A stretch of 64,000 nucleotides of DNA, taken from the NCBI GenBank assembly GCA_040755995.1, contig JBFMAF010000037.1:256001-320000 (forward strand), given 5' to 3'. A program made the translations under genes and the position numbers. Position 1 is the first letter of the stretch; every line of letters starts with the position of its first letter. This document shows, piece after piece, positions 59,705 through 64,000 of the stretch. The notes under the pieces were generated by a model. That model was given only the letters and a program-made list of their open reading frames with translations. It had not been told where the DNA came from and did no database searches. The DNA comes from Acidobacteriota bacterium. Lineage in GTDB: Bacteria; Acidobacteriota; CAIWXX01.

Positions 59705-60957
59705 AGCGCATCGGCTCGGGCACATTCGACAACATCCGTTTCGCGCTCGGCGCCATGCGCGACCAGAAGCTGCGCAGCGCGCTTACGCTCACCGGCATCG
59801 TGGCCGGGGTCGCGGCCGTGATCATGATGGTCAGCTTCGTGGTCGGCTTCGATCGCCAGGTCACATCGGCCTTCACGGCTTATGGGAGCCATCTGGTTCA
59901 GTTCCAGAAGTACGCGCCGCGGTTTGGCAACGAGCCGCCGGAGGAGGAGCGGAATCGGCGCGACCTGACCATAGAGGACGCCGAGGCGCTGAAACGGCTG
60001 TCGAAGCTCGCCCGCGCCGTTTCTCAGGAGCGGTACTTGTTCCGCGGGGTCTCGGTGCGCGCGGGGCGCAACGAGAGCAACGGGGCGGTTCTCTTCGGCA
60101 CCAACCCGGACTACGCCGAAGCGAATGTGCACTTCACCCAGGACGGCCGGTTCATCAGCGACTCGGACGTCCGCCACGCCGCACGCGTCTGCGTCATCGG
60201 TCCTGACACTGCCGACACGCTTTTTCCGCTTCAAGACCCGATCGGCCGCACTCTGACGATTGACGGGCGCGCCTACGCGGTCGTCGGGCTCTTCGAGCAG
60301 AAAGGCGGAGGCCTCTTCGGCGGCGGCAACAACTCGCACGTCGCCATCCCGGTCTCGGCGTTCGACGAACAGTATCCCGAGGTCAAGAACGGCCACGGAG
60401 ACACGATACATATCGCGACAGTGCCGAGGCGCCCCGAGGATTTCGATGCGCTGATCGAGGAGGAGACGGCGATTCTGCGCGCGCGGCGGGGCTTGCGGCC
60501 GGGGCAACCGAACGACTTCGCTCTGTTCACGAGCGTCGGCCAGCTCCGTCAGTTCCAGCAGGTCTCGAACGGTGTGGCCGCGGCGATGCTGGTCATCGCC
60601 GCAATCGCCCTTGTTGTCGGCGGAGTCGGTGTCATGAACATCATGCTGATCAACGTCACGCAGCGGACGCGCGAGATCGGCCTGCGCAAGGCGCTGGGCG
60701 CGACTGGGCGTGACATCGCCCAGCAGTTCCTCACCGAGGCGGTGACACTGACGACCGTAGGCGGCGCCCTGGGGATCGGGCTGGGACTCGGCGTCGCGTT
60801 CGCCGTGCGCTCGGCGCTCGACTTCCAGGCAGCCGCACCGCCATGGTCGGTGGCGCTGGGATTCGGGGTCTCGACCGCCGTCGGCCTGATCTCAGGCCTC
60901 TGGCCCGCCATCAAGGCCGCCCACCAGGATCCGATCGAAGCACTGCGCTACGAGTGA
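59701..60957 (+). CDS. MacB-like ABC transporter permease
   Basis: KLRSALTLTGI, VGGVGVMNIML..VTQRTREIGLRKALGA, DPIEALRYE. Confidence 0.94.
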   Translation: MKRIGSGTFDNIRFALGAMRDQKLRSALTLTGIVAGVAAVIMMVSFVVGFDRQVTSAFTAYGSHLVQFQKYAPRFGNEPPEEERNRRDLTIEDAEALKRLSKLARAVSQERYLFRGVSVRAGRNESNGAVLFGTNPDYAEANVHFTQDGRFISDSDVRHAARVCVIGPDTADTLFPLQDPIGRTLTIDGRAYAVVGLFEQKGGGLFGGGNNSHVAIPVSAFDEQYPEVKNGHGDTIHIATVPRRPEDFDALIEEETAILRARRGLRPGQPNDFALFTSVGQLRQFQQVSNGVAAAMLVIAAIALVVGGVGVMNIMLINVTQRTREIGLRKALGATGRDIAQQFLTEAVTLTTVGGALGIGLGLGVAFAVRSALDFQAAAPPWSVALGFGVSTAVGLISGLWPAIKAAHQDPIEALRYE

Positions 60958-61181
60958 GCTTCGCGGGGCCGCGCGGGCGGCGCCGCAGGTGGTTGGGCAC
61001 ACCGGAGCACCCGGGAGTTCTACGCCCCGGGCTAAGTTGTTCGCTTCCTGAGCGACAATCGCATCTACGAGAGGCACCGGACCATCAGAGGCTTGAATAG
61101 CTGCTCAAGGAGGATCTCGGCGACGTCGATACATACAGAGCCGCTGCGCCCGATGTCTACGCAGCGGATGCCTCAGTGCCG

Positions 61182-61190
61182 TGCTATGAT
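61182..61190 (+). promoter_or_regulatory. Putative extended -10 (TGcTATGAT)
   Basis: About 43 nt upstream of TTG 61233. Confidence 0.4.
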
Positions 61191-61232
61191 TCATCCTAGA
61201 GAGGAAGATCTGCTCGAATTGAGGGAGATGAC

Positions 61233-62378
61233 TTGAGATCCTTCCCGGTTGAGATCACGCCCTCCGTGATGAAGTGGGCCCGGAAGTCGCTAAGCCTCGA
61301 GATGGACGAGGTTGCTCGCAAAGCCAAGGTCAGCCTCGATGATCTCCAGGCATGGGAACTCGGTGATTCATATCCCACATTCGCTCAGCTCCAGAGACTA
61401 GCTCGTTTCTACAAGCGTCCGACGGCGGCCTTCTTCTTGGCGAGTCCGCCGGGTGAGCCGGACCTGCCTAGCGACTTCCGGGGATTCGATCCGGAGTCGC
61501 CTCCGCGCCTCTCCATGAAGACTCGTCTCGAAGTCCGGCGGGTTCGGAGATGCGCGGCGTGGGCTGGGGAAATCCGCAAGCTCCTGGGTCTGGACGTTAT
61601 GCCTCACCCGGTACACGCGAGCCTGGATGACGACCCAGAACTGCTCGCCGTTCGACTGCGGGCTCAACTCCGAGTGGACCAGGAGGAAATCCGGAGGCTG
61701 CGCGATGCTGAGGCCGCCTTGCCTTACTGGAGAGAGCTGGCCGAGGAGACTGGCACGCTGGTGTTTCAGATCAGTCTACCGAAGAAGGACGGTGCGAGAG
61801 GCCTCTCTCTACGTGAGGATGGGCAGACGGCAATCCTTCTGAATGGCAGGGACGCCCCGTCAGCCCGAACCTTCACTCTCTTGCACGAGATCGCACACAT
61901 CGCTTTGAAGAGAGACGGAATCTGCAACCCCTTTCAGGATCCTCCGTCTGCTGCCCAACCGCGCAGGATCGAGGTCTTCTGCAATGCTGTTGCCGCCGCC
62001 GTGCTGATGCCGAAGGTCGAGTTCCTGCGGGAACCCGAAGTCCTCGATGTGCGGCACTCGCGGGACGACATCGTATGGGGTGAGGAGCGGATACGCAAGC
62101 TCGCCAGGAAGTACAAGGTCAGTTCCGAGGCCGCTGTGCGGAGACTGAGCACGCTCGGACTGGTATCGAGCCATTTCTATCAAGAGAAACGAGGAGAGTA
62201 TCGCAGGCTGGCTGACACCAGACAGACCTGGGCCCCAGTGCAGACGGATCCTGGCAAGCGCGTTGTGGGTCGCGTCGGAAGATCCTTCACGCGCCTGGTT
62301 CTCTCGGCCTTTCATGCAGGCAAAGTCTCAGCCGCAGACGTCTCAGACCTACTGGGCACGGGCATGAAAAATCTATGA
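61233..62378 (+). CDS. XRE-family HTH fused to ImmA/IrrE metallopeptidase
   Basis: MKWARKSLSL...WELGDSYPTFAQL HTH, PSDFR, FTLLHEIAH (HExxH), EVFCNAVAAAVLMP, YKVSSEA. Confidence 0.92.
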   Translation: MRSFPVEITPSVMKWARKSLSLEMDEVARKAKVSLDDLQAWELGDSYPTFAQLQRLARFYKRPTAAFFLASPPGEPDLPSDFRGFDPESPPRLSMKTRLEVRRVRRCAAWAGEIRKLLGLDVMPHPVHASLDDDPELLAVRLRAQLRVDQEEIRRLRDAEAALPYWRELAEETGTLVFQISLPKKDGARGLSLREDGQTAILLNGRDAPSARTFTLLHEIAHIALKRDGICNPFQDPPSAAQPRRIEVFCNAVAAAVLMPKVEFLREPEVLDVRHSRDDIVWGEERIRKLARKYKVSSEAAVRRLSTLGLVSSHFYQEKRGEYRRLADTRQTWAPVQTDPGKRVVGRVGRSFTRLVLSAFHAGKVSAADVSDLLGTGMKNL

Positions 62379-62434
62379 TCCATCGTGCGCGAGCACAAGA
62401 CTCGAATCCGTCGATTTGCCAAACACCGACCGCT

Positions 62435-63391
62435 CTAGCCCCTGAGACGCGCCTGAACCTTGTCGCTACCGAGCTCTCGCAGGGCGTCGGCAGCCACCCA
62501 CCGGGCGCTGCGCGTCGCGTCATCTCCACCACGTCCACTTCCAGCGCGCTTGTTCGCGGCGCGGCGGATCTTCTCGGCGCAGGCGACGGCTGCTGCGTTC
62601 AGTCTTTGGTTGCGCTTGCCTATGTTGCGCAGCGCCCAGTTGACCGCCTTCTTCACGTAATTGCGCTCGTCGAACGCTCCCTGCTCGATGAGGGGAAGTA
62701 GCTTGATGAAGGTCCGGTCGGCGGCAGCCTTGTCGTGGACGGCCAGCCCCGCCACAAGACTGAATCCAGCGCGCTTGATCCATTCCTCGTCGCGCTTCGC
62801 CCAATCGGCCGCCTTCGACCATGCATGCTTCGTGCGGTCGAAGAGGCTTGTCGTGGCCTGGTCGCAGATGTCCCAGGAGTCGAAATCCGCGACCCAAGCT
62901 TCCAGCTGCTCTTCGGCGACTGCCGCCGGGTCGTCGACGAAGCAGGCCAGCAGCCGTGCCTCGTGATTCCCAGTGGCCCACAGGGCGAGCGCCAGATCGT
63001 GGCCGGTGCCGAGGCGCCCGGCGACCTTGCGGAGGTTGTAGACCGAGACGCCGAAGGCGTTGTCGACGTTGATGCCGTAGCGAGCCATGCCCATTCGGTT
63101 GCACTCGCTACCCATCGAACGCGACTCGGTGAGGATCGCTCCCACCCTCTCGTCCTGTGCGGCAGCTCCCGTCCTCGCATGGAGGCTGCCCGACTGGACA
63201 GTCAGCTTGACGACCGTGTCGATGCCGCGCTTGCGCGTCTCGGGGCGCCTCGCGTCCCGAACCGAGGTCACGTAGTCGCGCTGGCAGGAAGGTCGCAACC
63301 GCGGCCACTTCTCCAGGACCTTCGGGTCCGCCTCGAGAGCCGAAGCCAGGTCTGCCGGAATGTTGGTGCCGCCCTTGGTCTTCATGTCCAC
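62435..63391 (-). CDS. YdeI/OmpD-associated domain fused to AlkD-like DNA alkylation repair protein
   Basis: IPADLASALEA...ARRPETRKRGI; GMARYGI, HEARLLA, FDSWDICDQ, DERNYVKKAVNWALRNIGKRN. Confidence 0.88.
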   Translation of the reverse strand: MDMKTKGGTNIPADLASALEADPKVLEKWPRLRPSCQRDYVTSVRDARRPETRKRGIDTVVKLTVQSGSLHARTGAAAQDERVGAILTESRSMGSECNRMGMARYGINVDNAFGVSVYNLRKVAGRLGTGHDLALALWATGNHEARLLACFVDDPAAVAEEQLEAWVADFDSWDICDQATTSLFDRTKHAWSKAADWAKRDEEWIKRAGFSLVAGLAVHDKAAADRTFIKLLPLIEQGAFDERNYVKKAVNWALRNIGKRNQRLNAAAVACAEKIRRAANKRAGSGRGGDDATRSARWVAADALRELGSDKVQARLRG

Positions 63392-63400
63392 ATCTCCGAG

Positions 63401-64000
63401 TCACGAGCTCGCAGAACGACGCGGCGTCGCTCCAGCCTCAGCGCGCAGCGTGCCTCCGGCCTGCAGCACTCGCAGGGCGCTCAGTGTGATCCACTTGCTG
63501 GGCCTGCCCCTCTCCTCGATGTCCACCTGGAACTTGCCATTCATTGTGTCGTGGAGCACCCAGCGGCCGTCCGACCCGCGCCTGGAGCGCACGAGATCGA
63601 TCGCCTCCCGCAGCCGCTCGTCGCGGTAGCCCAGAGCCAGCAGGAGAAGCGCGATCTCGAGGGCGTCCGTCTGATACATCCGTGGGAAGCCGAAGCGGGT
63701 CCAGCCGGGTTTCGCCACTCGCCCGGGGTGGTGGCTCTGCTTGTACACGTGGTGGCGCAGCATGAACTCGGCTCCGGCCTCGATCGTGCGTTGGACTGCT
63801 GCCGAACGCCGCTTCTCGGGGATTGCCGCAAAAGCCTTGAGCCCCTTCACCACGGCCATGAAGCACGTGTGGCGGCCGTAGCACATCTCCCAGCGGTTGT
63901 ACGGCCAGTCGTCGGGCGGAGCCGACTCCCCGTCGTCAAAACGGAGGAAACGCGTTAGCCAATCGATGCCGTGATCCACCCGCTCATCGCCCAGGTACCC
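63401..64000 (-). CDS. Conserved hypothetical protein with prenyltransferase/squalene-oxidase-like helical repeats, 5' part beyond the window
   Basis: GIDWLTRFLRFDDG, HTCFM, FGFPRMYQTDALE, DGRW, PSKWITLSAL; frame is open to the window end. Confidence 0.8.
   Translation of the reverse strand, partial: GYLGDERVDHGIDWLTRFLRFDDGESAPPDDWPYNRWEMCYGRHTCFMAVVKGLKAFAAIPEKRRSAAVQRTIEAGAEFMLRHHVYKQSHHPGRVAKPGWTRFGFPRMYQTDALEIALLLLALGYRDERLREAIDLVRSRRGSDGRWVLHDTMNGKFQVDIEERGRPSKWITLSALRVLQAGGTLRAEAGATPRRSASS

Noticed and set aside
63401..64000. Nitrogenase (NifH) label sometimes given to similar proteins
   Set aside because: No P-loop or NifH motifs in the visible part.

Overview
High-GC bacterial chromosome window. 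The lineage is uncertain; DUF4388, an ATPase-less MacB-type operon and the kinase-rich content are compatible with Acidobacteriota or Myxococcota/Deltaproteobacteria-like organisms, which is inference only. All family calls come from motif recognition by eye, with no database search. Layout: (1) 1-29 kb is a dense signal-transduction region with several hybrid histidine kinases and response regulators, a sigma54 activator, a PAS-GGDEF-EAL-REC protein, corA, and a receptor-less CheR/CheB plus coiled-coil kinase module of MAC2 type. (2) 29-32 kb holds a membrane-anchored serine hydrolase and two small thiamine-related family genes. (3) 32-41.3 kb is a polyamine cluster: patA, a saccharopine-dehydrogenase-like enzyme, potABCD, an unusually acidic outer-membrane beta-barrel and patD. 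(4) 43-49.3 kb is an accessory patch of gene remnants (including a TolC/RND deletion chimera) and orphan secreted proteins. (5) 49-64 kb is mixed housekeeping: AIR-synthase-like, MFS, ferritin-like, class III aminotransferase with mmsA, methyltransferase, uppP, MFP with two ABC permeases, an HTH-IrrE protein and an AlkD fusion. I recognised no rRNA, tRNA, CRISPR array or intact transposase. The three most notable signals are a candidate complete polyamine (spermidine/homospermidine) uptake and cleavage pathway with a poly-acidic porin, recurrent period-7 tandem arrays at gene junctions and in-frame inside linkers, and the receptor-less methylation module.
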